DNA of 64,000 nt from Prorocentrum cordatum. Its lineage: Eukaryota. The position numbers and the translations under genes are program-made. The stretch spans positions 1-64,000 of the forward strand of contig CAUYUJ010000314.1 in the NCBI GenBank assembly GCA_963575745.1. Reading direction: 5' to 3'. The notes under the pieces were generated by a model, which worked only from the letters and a program-made list of their open reading frames with translations, did no database searches and was not told the origin of the DNA. This document shows, in pieces, positions 25,340-36,755 of the stretch; positions within the stretch are counted from its first letter, which is position 1; each line of letters begins with the position of its first letter.

Positions 25340-26083
25340 AGGTTGAGGGGGAGGGAGGAGACGACGCGGGGGCGAGAGAGGAGGGGGAGGAGGAGGAGGA
25401 GGAGGAGAAGGAGGAGGAAGAGGAGTTCGAGGAGGAGGAGCAGCAGGACAACGACGAGGAGGAGGAGGAGCAGGAGGAGGAGGAAAAGGAAGGAGAAGAG
25501 AAGGAAAAAGAGGAAGACGAGGAGGACTTGCAGAGAGAGCGGGAGGAGGAGGAGGAAGAGGAGGAGGAGGAGGAGGAGGAGGAAGAAGGGGGGGGAGAGG
25601 AAGTGGAGGGGAAGAGTAGCAGGAAGAGCAAGTGGAAGAGAAGGAAATAGAGGAGAAGGAAAGAAGAGGAGGAATACGAGGAGGAGCAGGAGGAGGAGGA
25701 GCAGCAGCAAAGGGAGGAGGAGGAGGAGGAAGGAGAAGAGAAGAGAAAGGAGGAAAACGAAGAGGTCTTGCAGGGGGAGCAGGAGGAGGATGAGGAGGAG
25801 GAGGAGGAGGATGGGGGGGGGCAGGAGGAGGAGGAGGAGGAGGAAGAGGAGGACGGGAGGGAGGAGGAGGAGGAGAGGAGGAGGGAGGAGGAGGAGGAGA
25901 AGGAGGAGGAGGTAGAGGAGGACGACGAGGAGGACGAGGAGGAGGGGGAGGGGGAAGAGAAGAAGGAAAAGGAGGAGGAGGAGGAGGAAGAGGAGGAGGA
26001 GGAGGAGGAGGAGGAGGAGGGGGAGAGGCAGAGGAGGAAGAGGAGGGATAGGAGGAGGAGGAGGAGGAGGAGGAGGAGGAGGA
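25340..26083. repeat. Long degenerate (GGA)n purine tract
   Basis: Directly visible. Similar tracts at 19283-19415, 21480-21645, 43805-44010, 44205-44390, 60430-60484 and 61019-61173. Confidence 0.9.
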
Positions 26084-26401
26084 GCATTCAGCGCATGAAG
26101 CGCACACGAATGTATCTGAAGTAATAAGAGCGACGGCGGAGTCCGTCCGACAGGTCGCGCACATTCGAGTGGTCCGGCGCAATGCATATGATAAGTCATC
26201 CGCTCTCGGTTTCAGATTTCCACAGCAAGAGCAAAGTAGGACGTGAGCTGGCTGGTTCGCTGATGCGTGCGCGTTGGCGGCGCAACTCTTGCAAGCCCGA
26301 ATGGTCGGAGGTTTGTCCAATTGGGTGTTGGAGAATGCACGTCGCGGTAAGCATCGAGAACATGAAGCGCACACGAATGTAACTGATTTATTCGGAGGCA
26401 T
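26084..26401 (-). pseudogene. Fragment with tandem Stc1-like C4 zinc-finger repeats, truncated by microsatellite
   Basis: FVCASCSRCLPRRAFSNTQLDKPPTIRACKSC, LLCSCCG...MCATC and FVCASCAEC follow the CxxC-x6-FS-x2-QL-...-CxxC pattern. Nucleotide-level repeat at 26094 and 26361. Confidence 0.45.
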
Positions 26402-28386
26402 CGCTGCAGTAAAAGAGCGCCAGCACTTGGCACGAACGGCTGTTCACAACAGGCGGAGACCACGCGGGAGGCTGGGCCACCCTAGGGGCCTCGTTGGGAC
26501 CAATGTGGCTGACTTCGGAACCTCGCGGGCCTCCTTCGGAATCTCGGAGCTGCGTGGGGCTTCGGAACTTCGTGGTGCCCTGTTATGCTCGTTTGCTGTC
26601 AAGTTGGGTCCTTCTGGGGAGGTCATCAGCCTTGCTTGGGCCATCTTGGAGGCTCGATTGGGGCCCGCAAGCCCTCTCGGGGAGTCCCTCGGATCGGGTG
26701 GGCCGTCTTCGAACGATCTTGGAGGCCTCTTGGCCCCGCGGGGACGTCTGAAAACCGTTTTCAACGCCTTGTGGGCCGTCGGGAAGCTGATTTCGCGATC
26801 GGTTGGACCATGTTGGAGCGGCCTTGGGTGCCTCTGCGCTTTTTTTGGGGCCGTCATGCGGCTGTCGTGGGCCATCTTGGACGCCTCTCGGGGCTCGCTT
26901 TCGGCCGCTTGTTAGGCCGTCGTGGAGCGGTCTTAGGTGCCTTTTCGTGTGTCTTTGAGTTTGGCAGGACGAGAGGCGAGAAAGCCAACATCGTTCCTAA
27001 ACATTAGAAAATTCTAGTTTTGGGTTTCTTCGGCGCTTCTTGGTGGCTCTCTGGGCGGCCTTGTGAGCGGGTGGGGACTTTTTTTTGTAGGAATTGTTAA
27101 AGTTCCTTGGCTGTCAATGTCAAGCTTCCCGGGGCCGTCTTCGGGCGGCGTGGCCGTATCTGGGGGCTGTCCAAGGCGACTCCACGCCGCCGGTCAGCGC
27201 CGGGGAGAGCCAGGGAGAGCGCCCCGGCAGGATGGAAAATCCGAAATTCGTTCGGGGGGGGGGGGGTGGGGCGCTCCGAATTAGGTGTATATATATATAT
27301 ATATACATATACATACAAACATACATACACACATATATTCCCCCCCGGCCCCGGGTCCCACACCTACCCGGAACATTTCGGGGGCGCTCCTGGTACCACT
27401 CCCCCGGCCTTCCCGGGGGGCCTCCACAGCGCCCCAGGAGGGCCCAAGACGCCTCCCAGGAGCCCCCAGAATGCGAAAGGATGGTCCAATACGCTCCCAA
27501 GCAGCACAAGTTGGCCTTCCGACGGCTCTCGAGGCTCCCAGGTGGCCTTCAAGAGACCCCAAGAGAGGTCCGAGAGCGCCCGGGGCGGCCCGAATATGCC
27601 CAAATCGTCGATTCTCAGTAGTTTTCGATGTTTTTGGCTTCTCGCGTTTTCGAGCTTCCAATGGTCCAAGGGCGCCGAAGAGGCTCCCAAAACCGCCCCA
27701 AGACCACCCCAGAGACCCTCAGGACGGCCGCAAGACGGGCCAAGAAGGCTCCAAGACTGCCGAAGAGGCGCCCAGGACAACCCCCCAGGCCACCCCAGAA
27801 CAGGCCCAAGATGGGCCCAAGAGCGGGAGCAGGAGGCTTCCAGAGACCTCCGAGAGTCCTCTGGGACCACCGAGAGTCCCCCAACACACACCCGAGTCTT
27901 GAGAGGCCCCCCAAAGACCCTGACGAGGATCCAAGAACAGCCCAAGAGAGCTGCGAGGGTAAAATCGTTGATTTCCTATGTTTTTTTGTTTCAAATCTTT
28001 TGCCCCTTCTCACGTTTTCCCGCTTCCAACCCTCAAAGATCGAGGATTTTGAAACATGGAATTCCCAGGATTCTTTTTTTGTTCAAAGTGGGACTCCTAT
28101 TCGGGGGTCCTACACATCCCCTGACATCTGGCCGGTACCGCGCCTCCCGGCTTCTTGGCGAGACCCCAAGACGCCGAAGGACAGCCCATGACGACCCCAA
28201 GAAGCTCCCAGAACGTGAAGAACGGTCCAAGACGCTCCCAAGCATTCCAAAAACAACCTTCCGTGGGACTCCCGTGGGCCACTCTCTTGGCCAAATTTCA
28301 TGGCGCCTCTCCCCCTCCCTCTCTCTCTCTCTCTCGTTCTCTCTGTATATCTTTCTCTCTCTTCTATTCCGTGCTCCGTATATCCA

Positions 28387-28423
<37 letters not shown>

Positions 28424-28540
28424 GGCCGCTGACGATTATTTTTTATCCGCGGTCCTCGCCAGACAGGTTCCCCCCCCCTGTCCTCTCGGCCGATGGCGAT
28501 TATTTACACATGCGGCCCCCTCTAGCGCACAGGCAGGTTC

Positions 28541-29782
28541 TCACCAGACGTGGCCCTTCAACCTGGCCATGGCGACGGCCGAGCCGAGCTCGAGAAACAT
28601 ATCTGGACAGCTGGCGCGCCTGTAGCGCCACGCCCAGAAGTGCACCCAGTTCTCGAGCTGCGCCTGCGACTCCTTGCTGTACGTGTTCATCGTGGTTGGG
28701 ACGACGTTCTTCACGTGCGACCACAGCCCGTCCTGGAGCTGCGTCCCGCCGTAGCAGCACAGGACGTCGCCCCCGCTCAGGGTCAGCGTCTTGACAGTCG
28801 CCCAGATGCGCTTGGCGTGCTTGACCTTCGTGTGGTTCTCGAGGCGGCGGTAGCACCGCGCTCCGTCTGTGTGCCAGATCAGCACGTCGGCCCCCGTGTG
28901 AGCTGAGATCAGCGGCGCGGTCTCATCCGTGCTCTCGGGGCGCGTCGGGCCGCCACGGACCGCATAGAAGGGCGGCAGCATGTGCACGACGGCGTGTTCG
29001 TGGTCTCCGCGCTTGCACATGCCGAACACGCGGATGTGCATGTTGCGCCCGTTCTTGAGCTGGACGACCCGCAGGGTCGTGGCGTCGGTCTCGCACTGGC
29101 CGCTCAGCACGATCGACTTCTGCTCTTCCCTCGAAGCAGCCGAGACGATCTCCAGCAAACTCTGCCTGACCGCCTCGCACTGCTTGTGGCCCATCTTGGC
29201 AATCAGCGCCATGTCGGCTGTACTCATGCGGGACGTCAGGGCGCCGCACGACAGGAAGGCGACGCCCGCCAGCTTCGGGAGAGGCACTTCCACATCCGCC
29301 CACGTGCCGCTCGTGACCTTCACCTGCACCGAGGACGACGAGCAGGCCTTGCGCTGACACCTCTGGACTGGATGCCGCTTCTCGCCCCTGTGAATCACCG
29401 AACCCAATGGCCATCCGCACCTGGGGCAAACGTTCTCGGAGGGGTCGCCGAGGTACCCCGCCTGGACCATCAAGTCGTAAGCATCCTTGGTCTTCAGAGC
29501 CCTGAGGTCCTCGTACGTGTAGATCTTGGCTAAGGAAGACCTGCCGCGCCGCACGCGGGACACCCGCTGGCGCTTGGGCGTGTAGAACACGCCCGTGGCT
29601 TCCAAGCGCTTGCGTTTGGCCTGGGCCGCCTTGCGCGCCTTCCGCGCCTTGGCCAAAATGTCGCGGCGGCGCGAGGCGGCCTGCACCGACCGCTTGTTGC
29701 GACGCTTCTGGGGGAAGCGCTGCCCTCGCGTGCGGCTTCGACCCCTGGCCTCGGAGGCGGCGGGGCGACGGTGGACGGTCAT
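28541..29782 (-). CDS. Merlin/IS1595-family DDE-type transposase (~413 aa from ATG 29782)
   Basis: Basic N-terminus, Zn ribbon CPRCG...RCQRKAC, and catalytic motifs CETDAT, IWHTDGARCY, HTKVKH and GGTQLQDGLWSHVK. Uninterrupted ORF. Confidence 0.85.
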   Translation of the reverse strand: MTVHRRPAASEARGRSRTRGQRFPQKRRNKRSVQAASRRRDILAKARKARKAAQAKRKRLEATGVFYTPKRQRVSRVRRGRSSLAKIYTYEDLRALKTKDAYDLMVQAGYLGDPSENVCPRCGWPLGSVIHRGEKRHPVQRCQRKACSSSSVQVKVTSGTWADVEVPLPKLAGVAFLSCGALTSRMSTADMALIAKMGHKQCEAVRQSLLEIVSAASREEQKSIVLSGQCETDATTLRVVQLKNGRNMHIRVFGMCKRGDHEHAVVHMLPPFYAVRGGPTRPESTDETAPLISAHTGADVLIWHTDGARCYRRLENHTKVKHAKRIWATVKTLTLSGGDVLCCYGGTQLQDGLWSHVKNVVPTTMNTYSKESQAQLENWVHFWAWRYRRASCPDMFLELGSAVAMARLKGHVW

Positions 29783-30182
29783 CCCTGGCTCCAGGCGCGA
29801 TAGCACGGGCGAGGCAGTGCGCGAGAGGCGCGGGCACCCGCGGCTCTGGCTGCCGATTCGGCCAAGAAACGGCTGCGGCGATGACAGCAACCATACCGGA
29901 TGGACGGCGATGGCGGCGGCGGCGGCGACGACGACGACGTCTGCGGGGGCGGCTGGATTTCTTAGAACGGCAAAAGAAAATGGCATGATAACGCGCGGTA
30001 CTTGTGGATAACCCTATCAAGACACAACATGTTGGCGGCGCGCGCCCCCAGCTCATCTGGGGCGCAGCGGCGCGCGCCACCTCGGCAGCGCGCGCGGCAT
30101 CAGCGCCCGAGCTGAGGGTGCCATCGCTGCCCGCGAAACCCGCGCGCCGCACCTGCCCGCCCGCGCTCTCGCGGCCGCCCGC

Positions 30183-32222
30183 TCACTCCTGACTCTGAGA
30201 ACCGAGGAAAGCGTGCGCCTCGTCCTCCTCCGCAGCCGAGGGCATCGCAGGCACAGCGGGCGCCCCCTCCTCGGCCAGCATCTGCGAGAGCTGGACCTCG
30301 AGATCGTCGCGGGGCGGGGCCGCGGGCCCAGATGCAGTGGACGACGCCGCGGCATGTTGCTTGGCGGGGGACGGGCTGTCGACATTGAGCGTCATCCCCG
30401 AGAGCAGGCGCTTCCGAAACGTCAGGCGCTCAGGGGACACGCGCTCTCGCTTCACCTGTCGGGAGGGGCTCAAAGATGATGTCCGCCAAGGCCGAGGCAG
30501 CGTTTCAGCGTTCAGAACGCGTTGAAGTGCTCCCTCAGCCCTAGGACCCCACCCCGCAGGGCCGCATCTTTGAACCCCCAAACCTGGACGAACGACGGGG
30601 CTGGCAAAGAACCGAGGGCCGCGTCTGAGGACTTCTTGCGGTTCTTCTCCACGGCGGAGTCCACGAGGAGCCGCTCCTTCTCCAAGAGCTGCTGGATATT
30701 GGCGGGCGGGGTCATGTCGCCGTCCTTCTGCAGTAGGTACAGGCGCTTCCCCTCGGCCGTCAGGAAGGTCTCGCCCTTGAAGTTAATGCGCGGAACATCT
30801 TTCTCCTCAGTGCCTGCTGGGCGCCAGTAGAGGTATTCCTGGGTATTCACCAGAAACGCAGAACGCTTGAAGAAAGCCAGCATGCATGCGCGGGTCGCCT
30901 TCTCGGAGAAGGCAGGGCGCACGAGCTCGAAGAATTCCTGGAACTTCACGGAGGGCCAGCGGTCCAGCTTCTCGGCATTCGGATCGTAAGTCTGGTCCGC
31001 CAAGCACCGAGGCTCCCCCTTCTTCCATTTCGTTGCGCCCCACCTGGCCCAGCACATGCTCTCGTACTGGCCGACGTCGAGCAAGGCCTTCACCATCTTG
31101 GGCGGGAGGAGATTCAAGCAGCCATCGTCCACAAAGTCCCCCATGAGAATGTCGCCGGGCTCGCCTCGCAAGAAATCGATCTCAGGCGTGACGCGGATGC
31201 AACAACCCGCGGGGTCCAATCCGTGGACCCGCGCGTTCCTGCGGCACATTGCCATCAGGAATGCGCGCCCGAGCGGCGTCTTGCCGATGTTGGGCTCCCC
31301 AATGAGGACAAGCGAATCGTTGCTGTTGATCAGCTCCTGCATGGCTTCGAGAACGCGAAGGTTGAAGTGGTCCTCGCAGAGGATCACGTTGTTTTCGAAC
31401 TCCTTCTTTGCAAGCGCGCCCTCCGCCGCGAGCCCGCTCAACGCCTTCGCCACCAGGGGGGCGGGCCAGCCGTAGAGGGGGGCGCCTTTGCGTAGCGCCT
31501 TCGTCTGCCATACCAGCTGCTTGAGCTCGGCCGTGGAGCGAGGCGCGTTCTTCAGGATGTATTCGAAGCCAGCGTTTATATCCTCGTCCGAGAGCTCGTA
31601 GAACTCGTTCACCTTGGTGGCCGTCTTGACGTCTGGCGATAAGAAGAAAGCCCGACACTGTTTGCCTCCGAACCGCTCGAAGGCGTATTGCCAGACCTTG
31701 ACCCCCACCTGGCGGCGCGATCGAAAAAACAAAATGGCGAGGGCGCCGCGCCCTCGCCACCCTTTTGTTTCCCCAATCGTGCACCTTGGGATGCTGGAAG
31801 CAGAGCTTCTTGACGCTCCCGAAAGCCATGCTGGCGAAGACGGCCGTCTTCGCCTTGTTGGGGATGACGCAGTGTTTGATTATGGTCTTCGTGCCGTCGG
31901 GGGCGTCAAGGATACAAATCTGCAGCGTCATGTGGTGTTGCGGCGCCGTCTTGAACCCGAACGGTGGCGGCAGATTGTGGTAGCTGTCGTCCTTCCAGGC
32001 CGCCTTGTATTGCTCGTCGAGCTCGGGGGGGACTGGGTCTCTATGCCCCGTGATGAAATCAATGTAGTGCACCAGTGGGTTCTCGTTGGCCCCGATGTCG
32101 TCCGTGAGTTCGAGAAAAGGCTCGATTTCTCCACGGGGCAGCACGCCCGTTACCATTGGTGCAGGAAGAGGGCGGCAATACCAGCCCTCGGTCGCCGATT
32201 TCAGGTCCTCGTAAGCGGCCAT
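30183..32222 (-). CDS. Three-exon gene (32222-31785, 31708-30584, 30455-30183; 611 aa) for an SF3 helicase-like / CRESS Rep-like protein
   Basis: Two GT-AG phase-0 introns join three ORF-track frames into one ORF. Walker A LVLIGEPNIGKT, Walker B GDFVDD, ARWGATKWKKGEP (like the geminivirus Rep KYG...GxP segment) and putative Arg finger AFFKR. Confidence 0.75.
30456..30583 (-). other. 128-nt intron with terminal inverted repeats
   Basis: CAG|GTTTGGGGGTTCAAAGATG...CATCTTTGAGCCCCTCCCGACAG|GTG; removal restores the frame. Confidence 0.75.
31709..31784 (-). other. 76-nt intron forming a long hairpin
   Basis: AAG|GTGCACGATTGGGGAAACAAAAGGGTGGCGAGGGCGCGGCGCCCTCGCCATTTTGTTTTTTCGATCGCGCCGCCAG|GTG; removal restores the frame. 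Confidence 0.8.
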
Positions 32223-32322
32223 GCCGCGGTCTTGAATGACGCTGAGGGTTTGCCAGAAGGCGCACGCTCGGCGTTGCGATTGGGCCCAAACAGCTACGAG
32301 CAGCGAGGGGGGTCAGGAAACG

Positions 32323-33005
32323 CTGGGTTCCTCCAAGATTCCTGGATTCCTGGATTACTCCTGTGTTCCTGGGTTTCTCCTGGGTTCCTGGGTTCCTGGG
32401 TTCCTCCTGGGTTCCTAGGTTCCTGGGTTCCTCGGTTCCTCCTGGGTTCCTGGATTCCTCCTGGGTTCCTGGGTTCCTCCTGGGTTCCTGGGTTCCTCCT
32501 GCGTTTCTCTTGGTTTCTTGGGTTCCTCCAAGGTTCCTGGATTCCTGGGTTCCTCCTGTGTTCCTGGATTTCTCCTGGGTTCCTGGGTTCCTCCTGGGTT
32601 CCTGGGTTCCTTGGTTCCTCCTGGGTTCCTGGGTTCCTCCTGGGTTCCTGGGTTCCTCCTGGGTTCCTGGGTTCCTCCTGGGTTTCTTTTGGTTTCCTGG
32701 GTTCCTCCAAGGTTCCTGGGTTCCTGGGTTCCTCCTGTGTTCCTGGATTTCTCCTGGGTTCCTGGGTTCCTCCTGGGTTCCTGGGTTCCTCGGTTCCTCC
32801 TGGGTTCCTAGGTTCCTCTTGGGATCCTGGGTTTCTCTTCCGCCTCCTCCCAAGCCCCTTGCTGGCTACCGAAAGGTACCCGAAGACGGCCGAAGAGCAC
32901 CCGAAGTGCTCCCGCACGGCTCCCGAAAAACACCCGGAAGGCACCCGCAAGGCACCCGAAAGGCACCCGAAGGGCACCCGCAAGGCACCCGAAAGGCACC
33001 CATCC
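32323..33005. repeat. (CCTGGGTT)-type minisatellite followed by GGCACCCG(C)AA repeats, inside the Merlin element
   Basis: Directly visible arrays at 32323-32835 and ~32875-33005; the second is repeated at 33244-33290. Confidence 0.85.
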
Positions 33006-33544
33006 TCAGAATTCGGGGGTCGACGCCGATAGTAAAAATGCACAACGTCATAATGATTATGATACTTCTTCAAATCTGATTTTTGCACTTAACGAGAAAT
33101 GCTTCGCTTTCCGTTCATATGCAACGGCAACAACAAAAAACCCCCCCCCAAAAAAAATTCTCGAGCGTTTCCCCCTTCTGAATGGTATATTTGGGGAGTT
33201 GCGCGGCACGTGTATACTCGCAATGCACTCCGCTAATTGCTAAGGCACCCGCAAGGCACCCGCAAGGCACCCGAAAGGCACCCATCCTCAGCAACCAGCT
33301 GGGCCTTGAGTCTGCTGCCGTCGCGGGAAGGGGATGGCGGGCACGAAAGAGAGGGTAACCAGAAAACTTGGTTGAGGGAGAGAGAGGTGAGGAGAGGGGA
33401 GGGGCATCGAAGGGACATTGAATTTGCGATGCCCCTGGGTTCCCTCCTGGGTCTCCTCCAGGGGTCTCCTGGGGCCTCTCTGGGGCCTCTCTGGGGCCTC
33501 CTGGGGCCTCCTGGAGCCGCCCGCTCCCCAGGGGGAGGGGTGGC

Positions 33545-33832
33545 GGAAGCGAAAAACCAAAAAAAACACAAGGAAAAACCAAAAAAACCAAAGAAACCAA
33601 ACACCAACAGCCGAAAAACCAAAAAAACACAAGGAAAAACCAAAAAAAACAAAAAAAACAAAGATTTCGATACTTCGTCCACCCCCACCGCCCTGACAGC
33701 GAAAGTGTTGTAAACTTTGGTTTTTTTGTTTTTTTTGGTTTTTCCTTGTGTTTTTTTGGTTTTTCGGCTGTTGGTGTTTGGTTTCTTTGGTTTTTTTGGT
33801 TTTTCCTTGTGTTTTTTTGGTTTTTCGCTTCC
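33545..33832. mobile_element. Foldback/MITE-like palindrome (~119-bp arms, ~50-bp spacer)
   Basis: GGAAGCGAAAAACCAAAAAAAACACAAGG... is reverse-complementary to ...CCTTGTGTTTTTTTGGTTTTTCGCTTCC. Confidence 0.75.
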
Positions 33833-34209
33833 CACATCCCTGTGTGGCGCTTTCCAATCGAATCCCTTTGTTGCGGTTTCCAAAGGATTCCTGCTGTGAG
33901 GCGTTCCACTGGAATCCCTTTGGAATGTTTTCCAAAGGGGTCCTGTTGCGAGGATGGGAGGGAAGAGTGCGATTGCAACGCTATGCGTCTGCAATGCAAT
34001 GCAATGCAAACAAAGAGGAGGACATGCATGCAGACAAACAGGAGGAGCAGGAGCAAGAGCAACCCACCATGAAATTTGGCCAAGAGAGTGGCCCACGGGA
34101 GTCCCATGCCACAACCTTCTGGACGGCTCTCCACGCTCCCAGGAGGCCTCCAAAAGGCCCCAAGAGCGGTCCGAGAGGCGTCCCGGGAAAGCCCGAAGAG
34201 GCCAACATC

Positions 34210-34259
<50 letters not shown>

Positions 34260-35454
34260 TTGTTTATTATTTTTTTTATTTTTTTTTTTTATTTAAAAAT
34301 ATATATATATATATATATATATATGTTTTTGACCTTCTCGTGTTTTCGAGCTTCCAACGCTCCAAGAACGCCGAAGAACCGCCCAAGACCGCCCCAAGAC
34401 CACCCAAGAGACCCTCAGGACGGCCCCGAGACGGGCCAAGAAGGCTGGCGCCCAGGACAGCCCCAGGCCACCCCAGAACAGGCCCAATATGGGCCCAAGA
34501 GCGGGAGCAGGAGGCTTCCAGAGACCTCCGAGAGTCCTCTGGTCCCCCCCAGAGGCCCCCACCACACCCCCGAGCCCTGAGAAGCCCCAAAGAGACCCCG
34601 ACGAGGCTCCAAGAACAGCCCCAGAGAGCTGCGAGAGCCGTCCCAAGAGAGCTCAAACAGGGTAAAATCGTTGATATCATTTTTTAATATCATATTTTTC
34701 GCCTTCACGTTTTCCCGCTTCCAACCCTCGAAGATCGAGGATTTTTGGAAAAATGGAATTCACAGATTTATGTTTGCTTTCAAAGTGGGACTCCTACTCG
34801 GAGATCTCCCCTGGGGGGCCCCCAAGACGCCCAAGGACAGCCCAAGACGACCCAACAAACCCCCAGAACGCAAAGAACGGCCCAACACGCTCCCGCGCAG
34901 CCCGAGACACCCTTCCGACGGCGGCTCTCCAGGCCTCCAGGAGGCTTCCAGAACCCCCGGGGGGTCAAGAAGATCCCACACCCCTGAGGGACCCGGCTAA
35001 CAAAACCCCCGAGGCACAAACAAAAAGCAACGCCGAACAGCGCCGAGGAATTGGAACAAACGTGGAAATCCCACATTTTTCCCAACCATCCTGTGGTGTT
35101 GGGTCCTCGTTTTGAAGAGACAGCGCCCCGCGTCTCCTCTCCTCTCCTCTCCTCTCCTCTCCTCTCCTCTCCTCTCCTCTCCTCCTCCTCCTCTCCCCCC
35201 TCCTCCCTCCTCCCATCGCCGTCATCATACTCATCGTCATCATCATCATCATCATCCTCATCTTCATCATCATCATTATCATCCTCGTCATCATCACCAC
35301 CAGTATTTTATCGTCATCATCATCGCCATCGCCATTAGTTCCCAACCATCCTGTCATCATCACCACCAGCATCATCATCGTCATCACCACCAGCATCATC
35401 ATCGTCATCATCATCATCATCATCATCATCGCCATCGCCATTAGTTCCCATGTC

Positions 35455-36755
35455 CGCACACCCCTCACACGTTTCGTGGCCCCATAGGGAGCTCCACCGA
35501 AGGCCCCAGTGGCAGGGTTCGCATGCCGCCCCCACCCCACTTTGGCACACCCCTCACACGTTTCGTGGCCCCATAGGTAGCTCCACCGAAGGCCCCAGTG
35601 GCAGGGTTCGCATGCCGCCCCCACCCCACTTTGGCACACCCCTCACACGTTTCGTGGCCCCATAGGTAGCTCCACCGAAGGCCCCAGTGGCAGGGTTCGC
35701 ATGCCGCCCCCACCTCACTTTGGCACACCCCTCACACGTTTCGTGGCCCCACAGGGAGCTCCACCGACGGCCCCAGTGGCAGGGTTCGCATGCCGCCCCC
35801 ACCCCACTTTGGCACACCCCTCACGCATTTCGTGGCCCCATAGGTAGCTCCACCGAAGGCCCCAGTGGCAGGGTTCGCATGCCGCCCCCACCTCACTTTG
35901 GCACACCCCTCACGCGTTTCGTGGCCCCATAGGTAGCTCCACCGAAGGCCCCAGTGGCAGGGTTCGCATGCCGCCCCCGCCCCACTTTGGCGTACCCCTC
36001 ACACGTTTCGTGGCCTCATAGGGAGCTCAACCGAAGGCCCCAGTGCCAGGGTTCGCATGCCGCCCCCATCTCACTTTGGCACACCCTTCACACGTTTCGT
36101 GGCCCCATAGGGAGCTCCACCGACGGCCCCAGTGGCAGGGTTCGCATGCCGCCCCCACCCCACTTTGGCACACCCCTCACGCATTTCGTGGCCCCATGGG
36201 GTGCTCTACCGAAGGCCCCCGTGGCAGGGTTCGCATGCGTCCGCGCCACCCATGTCGACACACCCTTGACACGTTTCGTGGCCCCATAATGAGCTCCACC
36301 GAAGGCACCAGTGGCAGACTTGGCATGCCGCCCCTCGCCCATTTCGGCCCACCCCTCACACGTTTCGTGGCCCCATAGGGAGCTCCACCGAAGGGGCCCC
36401 AGTGGTTGCGGTCGCATGCGTCCCCACCACCCATTTGGGCACACCCCTCATACGTTTCGTGGCCCCATAGGGAGCTCCACCGAAGGCCCCAGTGGCTCCC
36501 CACCACCGTTTTCGGCACACCCCTCACACGTTTCGTGGCCACATAGGGAGCTCCACCGAAGGCCCCAGTGGCTGCGTTCGCATGCCTCCCCACCACCCAT
36601 TTCGGCACACCCCTCACACGTTTCGTGGCCCCATAGGGAGCTCCACCGAGGGCCCCAGTGGCAGGGTCCGCATGCCTCCCCACCACCCATTTCGGCACAC
36701 CCTTCACACGTTTCGTGGCCCCATATGGGAGCTCCACCGAAGGCCCCAGTGGCGC
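35455..36755. repeat. 89-bp satellite array
   Basis: Unit CACACCCCTCACACGTTTCGTGGCCCCATAGGGAGCTCCACCGAAGGCCCCAGTGGCAGGG... with period 89. Further arrays at ~38985-40310, 41945-43445 and 54050-54200. Confidence 0.92.

Larger units (their letters stand above)
28262..34110 (-). mobile_element. Merlin (IS1595-like) DNA transposon carrying a second, helicase-like gene
   Basis: Identical 40-bp inverted repeats at 28264-28303 and 34067-34106. TSD ACAACCTTC at 28253-28261 and 34111-34119. The element interrupts a copy of the CTTGG repeat family. Confidence 0.88.

Noticed and set aside
28541..29986. Bacterial IS1595 contamination
   Set aside because: The element is integrated with a TSD into a host repeat, and its neighbouring gene has spliceosomal-type introns.
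30183..32222. Helitron or complete endogenous CRESS virus
   Set aside because: The helicase motifs are SF3-like, not PIF1/SF1. No capsid ORF or nonanucleotide stem-loop was recognised, and the gene lies inside Merlin TIRs.
32323..32835. CCTGGGTT array as telomeric repeat, or the 472-aa ORF across it as a gene
   Set aside because: It is not TTTAGGG-type and is internal to a transposon. The ORFs are open only because the repeat lacks stops.
35455..36755. Regular 89-bp repeats as a CRISPR array
   Set aside because: The whole unit repeats with no unique spacers, there are no cas genes, and the context is eukaryotic. It is a satellite.
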